Shown here: positions 47,083 through 58,719 of the stretch, in pieces
How the letters are laid out: each line of letters begins with the position of its first letter
Numbering within the stretch: position 1 is the stretch's first letter
From: Carcharhinus longimanus
Lineage: Eukaryota
DNA length: 64,000 nt
Assembly: GCA_030264375.1 (NCBI GenBank)
Contig: JASCQW010000132.1
Location: 95,899,851-95,963,850 of the forward strand
Reading direction: 5' to 3'
The notes under the pieces: model-generated
Database searches by the model: none
Seen by the model: the letters and a program-made list of their open reading frames with translations, nothing else
Told to the model about the DNA's origin: nothing
Translations under genes and position numbers: made by a program

Positions 47083-49299
47083 AAGAAAGTACTTCCACAT
47101 TGATATTGTTTCATGGAATATTCTAATTATGCGAGTTGTTCAGTCACAAAGTATTTTGTAACTCACCACAGACAACTTACTTAAATCTACAGAGAAAGGC
47201 TTAGGATTTTGATCACCATACATTGCAGAGGAAATTTTGCCACTATGCCATTTGTGAGTTATTGGATTCTCTTCAATTATTGACTAAACTCCACGTTTCA
47301 CGTAACTCATGGTTACAAATTCAATTAATTAATGATGTGTTTTTTTTTCAATTGACGATGTGCAAATTTAATGGGAGTGAATTGATCAATGCCAATAGCG
47401 TTGAACAATCTCCAAATAAATGTGTCCACTTTGGTTTATCACTCCCATCTTGTAGCACCAGCACAGATCAATTTCACTCCCAGTCTAGTTTGTGCTATAA
47501 TTTAATATTTTCAATGGGCACACTGAGTCAGGTAGGCCATAGTAAATTTTACAATTGTTTAATTTATAAGCTAGTCTTACACCTAGAAAAAACTGAGCTA
47601 GAAAATCCCAATAAATGTCATAATGAAAAAGTATTGAGGCATTCAGTCAGCCGTAGACTTTTACATCCTTATTGTTTTCGGCAGCACGGGGATTTGAAAA
47701 GTACACATAATACTTATAATACCACTAATTTGTTGAGATAGCTTCTTGTCAAGGTGGCTGTATATTGTCCTATTTCATGCAAGGCTCCTCAATGGAGGGC
47801 CCAAATACAGGCAAATGCTTGAATTTGTTGCATTGTCAGATGTGGTTCTAGCTGCTAGCAAATGAGTCTTAACTGCCTTCGGATGTGGCTCAGTAGTTCA
47901 CTCAGATGGACAATAAATGACCTGATCATCAAAACCCACATCCCAGAATGAGGTAAAATAAGACATGAGTTGAGATTTATCCCGGAAATCGGCAAAGGCC
48001 AATTGTGAGCGGGTAAAGCAGCATTGAGCCTGCCGACATCCTGCTGTATGATGCATCAAATGATCTTCAGACACGGGTTCCACATCGTATCACTGACGGG
48101 GCAGCCTCTGATTTGCCTGTCCCACCAGTGCTGCAATCATCAGGACACGACATTTATAGGCTGCCCCATTGTACACCAGCCACACTTCATAGGTCACCAG
48201 GAAGTGATGGATGCCAAGACATCCACTCAGAAGTTTTCAAACATCTCCCTGGAGAGACCCCTGGATGCAGCAGAGATCCGAGGTGGTTGTCTTTGAAGCT
48301 CCAGCCAGCAAGATCACAACCCAGCATAGGAGGCGGGGCAGTGGTCAATACTGCCAATGCCCTGCATGAGACAACAGCCATCCAGTGTTGCAAGAGGATA
48401 AATGATCTCTTCCGTTCTGTCAGGGTAAGTCACTCTTCTCTTCACTCTCAACTCACGTACCCATCACACATCCACAGGGATCTCAGTCACTGTCAGCTAA
48501 AGGGACACAGTCACTCACTCTCCCACACACATCTCCGTCTCCCCTGAAGGTCCCGTCCTCATCACCTCACGGATCCCCCTCACCATCCACACATGTCAGG
48601 CATCCATAACATCTGCCCTAGCAAGCATCCTGCTTAAACTCTCTCTATCTGTTTACATGCAGGAGAAGCTGGCACACAAGAGGAACAGAGCCTAGATGGG
48701 CAGAGGATGCCAGAACACAAGGTCCTCAGGGACTTTGAGGACAGAGCCATCTGGTTGGGGAGGACATTGACTGTTCCTTTGCTAATGGCAGCAATAAACC
48801 AAGTGAGGATCCAGCACCACAACATCTATCAGACAACCATTCTGTGAGTGATATCTCCTGTTTCTCAAGCCTCTGTTACACACTAATGGCCTCTACTTTC
48901 TTTCACAGCACATCTGGGAAGCAGTCAAGTGAGTCCACCTGCTAGATCCCCGACTCCAGCCCCAACAGCCCCACAGAGGAGGGATTCACATACCCTGATA
49001 TTGAAAAACCTTCATAATGTTCACCCACACTCTGTACCAGTGCAGAGACTCAGTGGGACTAGAGTAACCTCAGTGTCACCATCCGGTGAACACATCACAC
49101 TCTCAGGTCCACTGCAGTTCAAGGCAGAGATGTCGCAGGGTTTTTGCACTTGGAGGATTGCTGGAAACCAGGAATTGCGAAGACCCTAGTCAGTTGACTT
49201 CCCTCTGGACTCGGTCAAGCCTCAGTTGCTGGAGCTTCAAAACAAATTCTGGAAAATCAGGAAGAGATGTCTCATTTTGTAAGAACTTTCAAGGTGACT

Positions 49300-52200
49300 T
49301 GTTGTGGCTTCAAGTTAAGAAGGGTTTATTGCCAACAATATTTATATATGTACAAACAATGATCTGACAGAACTACAATATACGTCTATCCTTCTGTTCC
49401 CTTGCTCCAACTGAAGTTCCTCCCTAACCCAGGACACAAAATAAAGAAAAGTGCAGCACAGGAACACACCCTTTGGCCTTCCAAGCTCGTGCCAATCATG
49501 ATGCCCTAATTAAACTAATAAAAAACCTTCTGCCCTTACTTGGGCCGTATCCCTGTATTCCCTTCCTATTCATGTACTTACCCAGATGTCTCTTAAAAGC
49601 TACAAATGTGCCTGCTTCTACCACGTCCTTTGGCAGCGTATTCCAGACTCCCACTATTCACTGCATGAGAAACTTCCCCCATACATTTCTCTTAAACAGC
49701 CCCCCTCTCACCTTGAACCTGTGCCCCTTTGTAATTGACTTTTCCACCCTGGGTCAAAGCCTCTGACTATACATTCTGTCTATGCCTCTTATAATTTTGT
49801 AGACCTCTGACAGGTCTCCCCTCAGCCTCCTGCTTTCCACTGAAAACAATCTTAGTTTATTCAGCCTCTCCTCATAGCCAATGCCCTCGAGACCAGGCAA
49901 CATCCTGTTGCAACCTTCTTTGCACTATCTCCAAAGCTTCCATGTCCTTCTGGTAACTTGGTGACCAGAACTGCTCACAATACTCCAAATGTTATTTCCC
50001 AACTCTTGTACTCAATGCTCTAGTTGATGGAGACAAGCATGCCATATGCCTTCTTAATCACCTAGGCTTCCTGTGCTTTAGGGAGCTGTGGATCTGCACG
50101 CCCAGATCCCTCTGTATGTTAATGTTCCTAAGGGTTCTGACACTTACAATATCGTTCACACCTAAATTTGATCCTCCTTCTGCTCTTGGACCTGATTGGC
50201 TCAGCTTCCCGCACAGCCTGTCTGTAGAGTCTAGCCCAATCATGTGATCCTTAGGGATCGCCTTCTTAAAGAGGTGATGCTACTACACTCCTGAGCTCAC
50301 CTAGGAATGAAACAAAGGAACATCATTAAACATAGGCAATCACAGCTTGGTAAGACATAAGGGATACCTCTGGAAAAATTCATCACAAGTTCAGTCTATC
50401 AGGAGACTTCTGAACTCTGGAGGAGCATTTCAATTTGGTACTATGATCTTTAGTGAGTAAAAAATCTGAGTGGGCTGTTGCAAAAGTTAAACTCATCAAT
50501 CTGGGGTCGAGATGCTTCTTAGTAGCCACAGCCTCCTTGGTTTCAGAAAACGCTGGGTGCCCCAGCTCCACACTTATAACAAGGATCTCTGTATCAGCAT
50601 CTGATGAAGATGAGTGTACTGCAGGAGACACATGTTGATCACCTGTACCAGGCCCAACTCTCTCCCTCAAATGATCTACATGTTTTTTTTATATGACAAT
50701 GTACTTCAAATATGTAGGCAAGCAGTCCTATTCTTTCCACAATTGAACCATCCACCTATGTCAGCCCTGCTGCAAAGTTCCTGACCAGAACTAGATCATC
50801 AACTTGAAAAACTCTATCTTTCTTCCTCAAATCATTGTTTTCTTTCTGGGACGCTTGCCTAGCCTCCACCCTCTACACCAAATCTGGCAATACCAAATCC
50901 AAATGGGTCCCTATGCGGCATCCCATTAATAATTCAACTGGTGTAACCCCTGCAATTTCATTTGGTGTGGTATTGTATGATAGCAAGAAACTTGTTCAAC
51001 ATAAAGGTAATGGTCTCTGAACTTGCTTTATCATCAATGATTTGAACATTAGTACAGCTCATTCTGCTAAGCCATTGGAAGCTGGGTGATAAGGTGCTGA
51101 CCAAACATAGTGAAAACCATTTGATTTTACAAATTTCCAAAACTCCTCTGCTGTGAGCGCTGTGCCGTTATCTGATGCTAAGACCTCTGGGATGCCATGG
51201 ATGGCAAATTCTGCTTCAACTTATCAATGGTGTAGCCATTGTAGATTTCATTAATTGGACATCCAACTATTTGGAATGCGAATCAACCAAAATGAGAAAC
51301 ATGTCCCATGAATGGACCTGCAAAATCAGTGTAGTCTTGACCATGACTTACCCGGCCACTGCCATGGCTGCATGTTCAAAAGTGGCTGGGTTTCCCAACT
51401 CGGGCACTGACTAACCATTCTTTCAATTTCTTTATTGATGTCCGGCTATTAAGTATAAATTTGGACCAGTGCTTTCATCCTACTTTGCCCTGGATGTGTG
51501 TCATGTCATACCTGTAGTAAAAGCCATCACTCTTGGGGTGGCATTATAACATGAGGCCCCCATAATAACATGCATCCACACATGTTATCTCTATCCTAAG
51601 CTGCTGATATGGTTTAAGTTGCTCTGACTTTTCATTTTGCCATCTTTGTATCACCGCCCTCTTAACTTTTGAAAATGCTGGATTTCTCTCAGTCTGTATC
51701 AAGTGTAGCATCAACAAAAGTTCTTGTGGTACCGATGATGAAGATACTGTTCATAGCAGAGGTAAGTGGCTGATTGGATCCACATTCAATATTTGCATCC
51801 GTAGCTGTGCTGGGAAGAGTATCTGCAGAGTTAGCAATAGAATTCATCTCTGTACCCTTGCAGAGGCAATTGGTGACACAGGTTTATCCTCTCGAAATAA
51901 ACCCAACAATGGCTTGTAATCTGATATTATGGTGATATTTCTACCATATATATAGAAGAAACTTCTTCAATGCATAAACTACTGCAAGATTTTCCTTCTC
52001 TGTCTGAGAATACTTTTTCTCTGTCCAATAACGTTCTTGATGCAAATGCAAGTGGTTTTCCACTCCGTCTGAGATTTTGTGAGACAGAACTGCTCCCACT
52101 CCTTATGGTGACTATCACAGGTAACCACAATTGGTTTGGTTGGATTAAAATTCATGAGCAGTACCAATGACAGCTTAAATTAGGCAAACGTCTCTTTTTG

Positions 52201-53020
52201 TGCTTCCCCCATTTCTAACACTTTAGCTGGTGAAATGGGGCTAAGATTGTAAATGCATTTTGTAAGAATCTACCAGAATAATTATCTTAACTCTGACACA
52301 CTTTCCTTAATGGCTTTGACTTTATCCTCCAAAGGATATAAGCCTTTAGCGTCTACTCTGAAATCCAAGTATGTAACTTCATCTGCCTGGAAAGTGCATT
52401 TCTTTTGTTTCAAACAGATGCCCACTTTGTTAAATTTTCCCAAAACTTCCTCAGGTAAGGCTTTCAATTGTACAGTGAAAAGTAGCGCAGGCCGATGAGA
52501 CTCCAAAGGGTAAACACTTGTACTGGTATAACTCCTTGTGTGTGTTGATAGTAGCTAACCTTTGTGATTCCTCATTCAAATCCAGCAGCTAGACCTGAGA
52601 TCTAACTTGCTGTACTTAAGGCCCCCTGCTAATCTAGTGTTGAGGTCATCAACTCTAGGAATAGGGTATCTGTCTGTCTGAGCTCCTCAATTTACAGTTA
52701 TAATCCCCACAGATTCTTATAGTATGATCAGGTTTAAGAATAGGCACTATGGGTGCAACCTATTTAGAGAACTGTGCAGGTTTTTTTAATATCGAGCAAT
52801 ATTTATTTATATTTATTGCTAGGTATTATCCTTGGTATTGTCAAACCTGACAGAACTGTAATACACGTATACTTTCTCCTCCCTGCCTCCAACTGCCTCC
52901 ACGTCTCAGGATGCGGACCCTTGCTTCTGATCGGCTCAGCTTTCCGCACTGCCTTTTCATAGGGTCTGGTCAGATCATATAGCCCTCAATGATCACTCCC
53001 TTAAAGGAGCCACGCTACCA
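49300..53020 (-). mobile_element. Gypsy LTR retrotransposon with both LTRs (49300-49430+50178-50287 and ~52800-53020) and decayed RT-RH-IN; gag/protease not seen
   Basis: VAPIVPILKPDHTIRICGDY; DRYPIPRVDDL; KKCTFQADEVTYLDFRVDAKGLYP; FNPTKPIVVTCDS; GKPLAFASRTL; FAIHGIPEVLASDNGTALTAEEF. The LTRs share ctgacagaact, ctccaactg, ctgat(t/c)ggctcagctt and cttaaag..gctac. Confidence 0.9.
49432..50175 (-). mobile_element. CR1 3' portion inserted in the Gypsy LTR
   Basis: Tail caaaataaagaaaagtgcagcacaggaac. Minus strand EKSITKGHRFKVRGGLFKRNVWGKFLMQ*IVGVWNTLP and NINIQRDLGVQIHSSLK. Confidence 0.9.
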
Positions 53021-53741
53021 GAGGTACAACCCCTGGACTGAAAGTCTTCATGGAGGAGTCCGTCCACCTTATGTTTGAGCTGATTGTGTCAGCACTGCAA
53101 TGCAATGGGGCCAACATAGCTACGATGGCAGCTACCATGGAAAACTTGATGTAAGACATTAGTCCTGTACTGCTGCAGGACATGCACTCCATGTTGCCGG
53201 CACTTGCTGGGATCGATAAGTGCCAACGCCAGAGAATGGCAGGGCTTCTCGAGCTCATTTCTACTGCCTCTCTATCCCCAGGTGGAAGCCAGAGTCTCTT
53301 ATGCACCCTGTGCACAGACCTGGGCTATCTACACAGCTGACTCCAAGAATGTTCCGCCATTTGGAATCCCCTCCTCCTGTGACCACTTCAGTTCCAGCTC
53401 CATGGCAGGTCGTCCAGGTCTCAGCCCTACAGGGTGTGCCTGCCAAGAGCATCACAGATGACAGGGTGTGGCAGACAGTAGGCTGCCTCCATCTCTGTTG
53501 TGGATGTTGGAGATGCACCAAGATGCAGCTGCAAGGTTAGAAAAGTTAAGAAGCTCTAGTTGCAGCATGCACACAGGTGCTAATCACATGTGTGTAACAT
53601 TTTCTTCTGTAAATGAACCTTTTTATGGCTCCTTGTTCTGATGAGCTGTAGTTCTGACCTGAAAACTTGATTTCTGCACCAGAAAAGGCAGAGTGTTCAG
53701 TCCAGGGCTTCCTCCCTGTGCTTTGTGCAACCTTCCTGTCT

Positions 53742-53908
53742 TTAGTGACATTTAAGGAGCGTCTTGACAAACACATGAACAGGATGGACTAGATGGATAC
53801 GGTCCCTGGAAGGGTAGTCGGTTTTAGTTCAGTCAGGCAGCATGTTCAGTGCAACTTGGAGGGCCAAGGGGCCTGCTCCTGTGCTGTAATTTTCTTTGTT
53901 CTTTGTTC
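53742..53908 (+). mobile_element. CR1 3' end (same subfamily as 1-365)
   Basis: gtgacatttaaggagcgtcttgacaaacacatgaacagg...ttttagttcagtcaggcagc...gtgctgtaattttctttgttctttgtt. Confidence 0.9.
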
Positions 53909-54137
53909 CCAGCACATTGGTGGTGTCCTTTCACACTGATTAATCGCATCAGTCATTCCTGAATCTCATAGGGGATGAGGATGTCTCCCACAACGTACTG
54001 GGTTGCCGTCACTCATTCCATTCATTGTCAAAGTGTACTGTCTGCATCTTTGAGGTGTGGCTAATCCCCCATCCCATCTGCCTCAGCCTCTGGTGAAACT
54101 GAACCTCAAAAGTACAACTCACGAGGATGACATAAGA

Positions 54138-54340
54138 TCAGGAGAGGTGGAATTTTCCCCACTGCAAGCAAGCATGAGTCATGGAGAGCAAGCAAGCTGC
54201 CAGACATGAGTCAGACGTTCGTAGAAGCTCTGCCCTCACTGCATCATCATCCTCCTGGAACGTAGGGATGATCCACTGTTCACTTCCTCTGACAGGAGCA
54301 GTATTATGGAGTGCGTGGGCTGCCATTAGTCGGAAGGAAG
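54138..54340 (-). pseudogene. Harbinger transposase C-terminal remnant, convergent with the Myb gene
   Basis: AHALHNTAPVRG followed by acidic QEDDD resembles the C-terminal CC.LHN...RG + acidic tail seen at 25018-25200. Confidence 0.45.
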
Positions 54341-54635
54341 ACTAATGCTCAGAGAAGTAATGCAAAGATAATAGGATGTTCTTATTGGATGTCCTCGTCA
54401 CACTCCATGAATCCATTAGTCATGCGCATGTCCCAAATTCACCTGCCTGGTCAAGACAACATTATTACCTCATGGCCGAGAGTGCAGAAAAGATGCACCA
54501 AAGCAGGGCACTTGGTATTCAACAGCAGAGGTCACAATGCCAGCAGCAGGCAGCACCAGACAGAGAGACTGGCCAGGATGCAGTCATTCAGGAAAGGCAT
54601 CATAGAAGATGGGCACTGGCACTTGACAACAAAAA

Positions 54636-54800
54636 TGTGCAGGTTAGGTGAATTGGCCATGCAAAATTGCCTCTTAGTGTCAGGAGGATTAGCAGGGTAA
54701 ATAGATGGGGTTAAGGGGATAGAGCCTGGGTGGGATTGTTGTCAGTGCAGACTCGGTGGGCCGAATGGCTTCCTTCTGCACTGTAGGCTTGCTATGATGA
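54636..54800 (+). mobile_element. HE1-type SINE, 5'-truncated
   Basis: tgtgcaggttaggtgaattggccatgc...cctgggtgggattgttgtcagtgcagactcggtgggccgaatggcttccttctgcactgtagg. Confidence 0.9.
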
Positions 54801-55337
54801 TTGTGGCTACGATGCGGAACCTCCCAGTTTGTCCAGAAAGCTCAGTAACAGCAGCAATGTCAGCTGGTGGCTGGTTTCACCACTGAAAAACTTCCGCCAG
54901 TGTGTGATGGCACGATTCTCCTGTGCTTGCCTCTGCACTTCAAACTAATGAGAGGGCTCGGGAATTGGCTAAAAGAAAGAGCGCTGAAGTGCACCCACTT
55001 TCAGTTCTGCTATCATGGCATGATCACAAGGAGAACATACTACTCACTGAATTTCATGTCTTTGAGTAATGCCCTGTCTCCACAATGGACTTGGGCACAT
55101 AACAGAAAATAGGGCTGGCCCTTCTTGGAAAGTCCTTAAAACTCAGGTCTTAGTTATTTTGTTGATTATTGATTTCTATTTTTGTTGGTAATGAACATTT
55201 CTTTTCTTGTGGTCTGAACAATTTACATACTTTTATTTCCATCTGATTTTTGTCTTTGCGTTGAAGTGTCAAAGGTGAAGAGTCGATATCTTTTATTAAT
55301 ATCCTGGGAAATAAATACATACATAATTAACACTCAC

Positions 55338-55526
55338 AAAGTTGGAAGAATGAAAATCTTTTTTGACTTTTCTTAAAATATTGCTCGAGTTGAAAGAGAC
55401 ATGATTTGTGGGGCCGTAACGGAGATAGATTTTCAACTTTATCGCTTAGGATCAAGAATATGCTGACTGTATCAGAGTGATGCATATCAAGCTGCTGGAT
55501 TGAATGCCCCCGAAGAATAAATAAAT
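55338..55526 (-). other. Candidate exon (189 nt; single open frame DLFILRGH...KRFSFFQL)
   Basis: Acceptor acttttcacacatttag with branch-like cctaat, donor gtgagt. Length is divisible by 3 and only the phase-1 frame is open. Product not recognised. Confidence 0.45.
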
Positions 55527-55618
55527 CTAAATGTGTGAAAAGTAAATTAGGTGACCCTAACTGCCATACTATCCTCATACAGGTAAAAGGATAAAAGAAT
55601 AAAAGAATCTCAACTCAC

Positions 55619-55686
55619 CTTTCCCTTGTTTGTGACTCAGTTACTGTAATTGATCCTCCCTGCTCCATCCAAGCATCACTTAATGC
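55619..55686 (-). other. Candidate upstream exon (68 nt)
   Basis: Acceptor tttgcctttactacccag, strong donor AAG|gtgagt. A 92-nt intron leads to the next candidate exon. Confidence 0.4.
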
Positions 55687-55847
55687 CTGGGTAGTAAAGG
55701 CAAACTTTTACCCAATATTTTCATCTCCAATGACAACTCATAAGGTATGTTTATTGCAATTAAGTACCGGTTTTTACCATAAGTCAGTACATATCAGAAG
55801 ACTTGTTTTTAGCACTTCTGTTTCACTGCATCAGTGGCCAAACCAAG

Positions 55848-56008
55848 GAGGAGATGGTGGTGTAGTGGTAATGTCACTGGTCTAGTGATCCAGAGGCCTA
55901 ATCTGGGGATACAGATTCCTATATCACCATGACAGGTAGTGGGGTTTAATTTCATTTAATAAAATTTAAAATTGAAAGCTGGTCTCCAACCATAAAGCTA
56001 TCATCAAT
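55848..56008 (+). mobile_element. tRNA-derived head of family-B LINE/SINE
   Basis: tggtgtagtggtaatgtcactggtctagtgatccagagg (A box). Homologous to the head at 12600-12778 (minus strand). Confidence 0.75.
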
Positions 56009-56009
56009 T

Positions 56010-56750
56010 TGCATGTACACAAAGATACAGGGAATGGGTCAAACCTGGTTGACTGCCCTGTTAACCACAGGGGGAGGAAGCCTCAGTTAAGGAAAATGGC
56101 AGACATGTCAGAAACACCATTGGTCAGGCTTCCACTCAAGGAAGCAATGGACAGTCTTCAGACCATCCTGGTGGGAGATGGAGGTGTAGAGGGATTGGAC
56201 ATTCATAGTGAAGAGGAGGTGGTTAGGGTCAGGGAACAGGAAGTAGTTGATATAATGTTGATGGGAAGAGACTGGAGAAGGGGCGCGAGAACGGAGTCAA
56301 GATAAAAAGAAATTAGTTCCATGAGGCAGCAACAGGGTGATAGGATGGTTCTACCAGGGCAGCCCTGTTTGTGGATTCTGAGAAGAAGATAGAAGCGGGC
56401 TGTGCAGCTCTGGGGGACAATGAGGTTGGAGGCTGTGGAGGGAAGATCACCAGTGGCAATGAAGTCAGTGACCATCCTGGAAACAATGGCTTGATGTTTG
56501 GTAGTGGGGGCATGGTCCAGGGGGAGGTCGGAGGAAGTGTCTGTGAGTTGTCGCTCAGCTTCTACACAGAGGTCAGTATGCCAGATAACAATGGCACCAC
56601 CGTGGTCAGTAGGCTTAATCAAAAGGTTAGGGGTGGACCTAAGAGAACAGAATACAACAAGTTTAGAAGGAGACAGATTGGAGTGGGTGAGGGGAGCAGA
56701 GAATTGAGATGACCGGTCGCATTGACAGTTTTCAATGAAAAGATGAAGAG
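56010..56750 (-). pseudogene. Penelope-like element reverse transcriptase N-terminal fragment
   Basis: SNLSPS..SLRSTPNLLIKPTDHGGAIVIW..EAERQLTD..TARFYLLLRIHKQGCPGRTILS..ELISFYLDSVLAPLLQSLP, then frameshifted FTMNVQSLYTSISHQDGL. These are the hallmark PLE RT motifs (IKPADKGG, LPKIHK, PGRPIVS, DVxSLYT). Confidence 0.9.
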
Positions 56751-56894
56751 TAGGTAGGTTACATACATATGTCACACGTGTAACCTGATTTAACTCCTGA
56801 TCTGCTGCTGCTCCACTGCCACCCTCAACAACTTCAAAAATTGAGTAAACTACAAAGTAGACTGTCCAAGAGTTTGCTTTTCCAACCCATATGT

Positions 56895-57013
56895 AGGGTG
56901 GAATTTTATGGCCATGTCGCAATGGGATGAGGTCAGAAAATGCATTTAAAAGTCTATTGACTCTGGTGGGACTGGAAAATCCCACTGGTGAGAGGGGCTC
57001 TAAAATTTTGACT
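56895..57013. mobile_element. Short MITE
   Basis: gggtggaattttatg ... taaaattttgact (degenerate TIRs). Confidence 0.6.
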
Positions 57014-57102
57014 GTAGCATCAAAAGGCTTCAGGCTACTCATTGAGTTCTGAAAACAGTCAGTTTGATGGAGCTGGCTTTAGCAGTCAGTTTGCAACAAC
57101 AG

Positions 57103-57457
57103 AGGGTGTCACAGTTGTTAGCAGTGCTGCCTCACAGCAGCAGGGACTCGGGTTCAATTCCGGCCTTGGGTCACTGTCTGTGTGGGGTTTGCACATTCAC
57201 TCTGCGTCTGTGCAGAGTTTGCACATTCACTCCGTATCTGCATGGGTTTTTTCCGGGTGCTCTGGTTTTCTCCCACAGTCCAAGGGTGTGCAGATTAGGT
57301 GATTGGCCATGCTAAATTGACCCTAGTGAAAGGAGGATTAGCAGGGTAAATAAGTGGGGTTACAGGAATAGGGCCTGGGTAGGATTGTGGTCAGTGCAGT
57401 TTCGATAGGCCAAATGGCCTCCTTCTGCACTGTAGGGGTGCTATGATTCTACTCTGA
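57103..57457 (+). mobile_element. HE1-type SINE, full length, with an internal 30-bp tandem duplication
   Basis: A/B boxes (gtcacagttgttagc, gggttcaattccgg). The unit tgtggggtttgcacattcactctgcgtctg / tgcagagtttgcacattcactccgtatctg is duplicated. CR1-like tail. Confidence 0.9.
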
Positions 57458-57808
57458 TTTAGTCATCACTGACCTCATGAAAGCTGCCCACAGAGATCTA
57501 GTGATCTTTGTGGCATGGATTTCCATTTGTATGATGTAAGCTTGAATCTGGTGCCATGTCAAGGTGATCTGCAAGCATCCAGCAAAATTGATATCATCAA
57601 GCAGGGCAAAAAGCCAATCACATTAAAGCATCTTCATAGACAGCAAACCAGGAAATTAAAAAAAGTTCCTTCATTTGTAATTTGTATATTTGACATATAG
57701 CAAAATAAATGACTGGGATTAACATATAAGTGGATTTACAGTAGAAACTAAAATATCATAACTAAAGTACTAAGTAAATTATTTTAAAAATATGTAGAAT
57801 ATATTGAG

Positions 57809-58565
57809 TGGAGCGACCTTACCAAAAAAAATTCTAAGTGCCAAAAGAGCATAAAAACAAAAGAGAATCATGCCTTTTTTTGGGTGAGTTAAAAATTAAA
57901 TCCTACTTCACTCTGAGGAAAAAGTGAAGCAGGATCTATTTCATGCCAGCATGGGGAAGGGCGGAGCCTAAGCTCATCAAAAGCCAGTAGGTTGCAGCAC
58001 AGGATGCCATTCAGCTTACACAGATCTCTCTGTTATGTGTTATAGCTACTGCTGGCCTCTGCGGCCAATGCCCCCTCACATGGATAGATCACCCCTTTCC
58101 TGCACAGGCATCTAATCCCCCCACCCCCACATGGGCCAATTGCTCCCCCCACATACTTTCCGATGGCTGGTTGCAGAGTGGGCAGCACCCTCCCTTTCCC
58201 CTCTGATCCCAGTTGCAAAACACACAGCATCTCCCCTGCTTGCGTCTGCCTCAGGCCCCGTCCCTTAGCACTGCCAGTATGCCAGGTTGCCCAATGGGCA
58301 GTGCCAGGATGCCAGGCTGGCAGTACCAGTTTGTCATTACCCAAAGGGCACCCCCTGCCTCCAACCTCCCGTGGGGACCTCAATGGCCTCCAGTCCTTCT
58401 GGCGAAGCCATCATGACAGGTCTCCATGGTCCCCGTTGATGCATTATCCTCGCCAGTGAGGACCTTCATCGGCGAGGTCACAAAAGCAAGTGAGCACAGT
58501 TGATAGCAATGTTACTGGCTCACCTCACTGATTGATGGACAGGGTGAGAAGCAAAGATCACCCGC
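57809..58565 (-). mobile_element. Non-autonomous Harbinger-like element, inverted sibling of 38483-39431
   Basis: gagcgaccttaccaaaaaaaattctaagtgccaaa is the reverse complement of the 39390-39431 end. The TGCCA/GGCA-rich interior is shared. Confidence 0.75.
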
Positions 58566-58719
58566 TAAGGATTTTGACAGTTAACAAATACAAAATTAGT
58601 TTGTCGGGGCAAGTTGTGCCATTTAGCATTAATTCTGATCCTACAATTGTATGATATTAAAGATCCAATGACACCTCACTCAATGAGGTGTAATATTTTC
58701 AGAAGGTTTTAACAGTGAT

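Larger units (their letters stand above)
48208..53540 (+). pseudogene. Harbinger Myb/SANT-like partner gene, three exons, exon 3 split by a Gypsy insertion
   Basis: Exon 1 is MDAKTSTQKFSNISLERPLDAAE...NALHETTAIQCCKRINDLFRSVR|gtaagt (~48424). Exon 2 follows catgcag (48663): EKLAHKR...MPEHKVLRDFEDRAIWL. Exon 3 follows tttcacag (48909) and resumes at ~53021 as MEESVHLMFELIVSALQ..ATMAATMENL. Confidence 0.8.

Noticed and set aside
47223-47741. 172-aa ORF as a protein-coding gene
   Set aside because: Non-ATG start, no recognisable domain and AT-rich non-coding composition.
56203-57042. 279-aa ORF as an intact gene
   Set aside because: It is a chimeric read-through of a MITE into a PLE RT fragment with mutated motifs and a frameshift.
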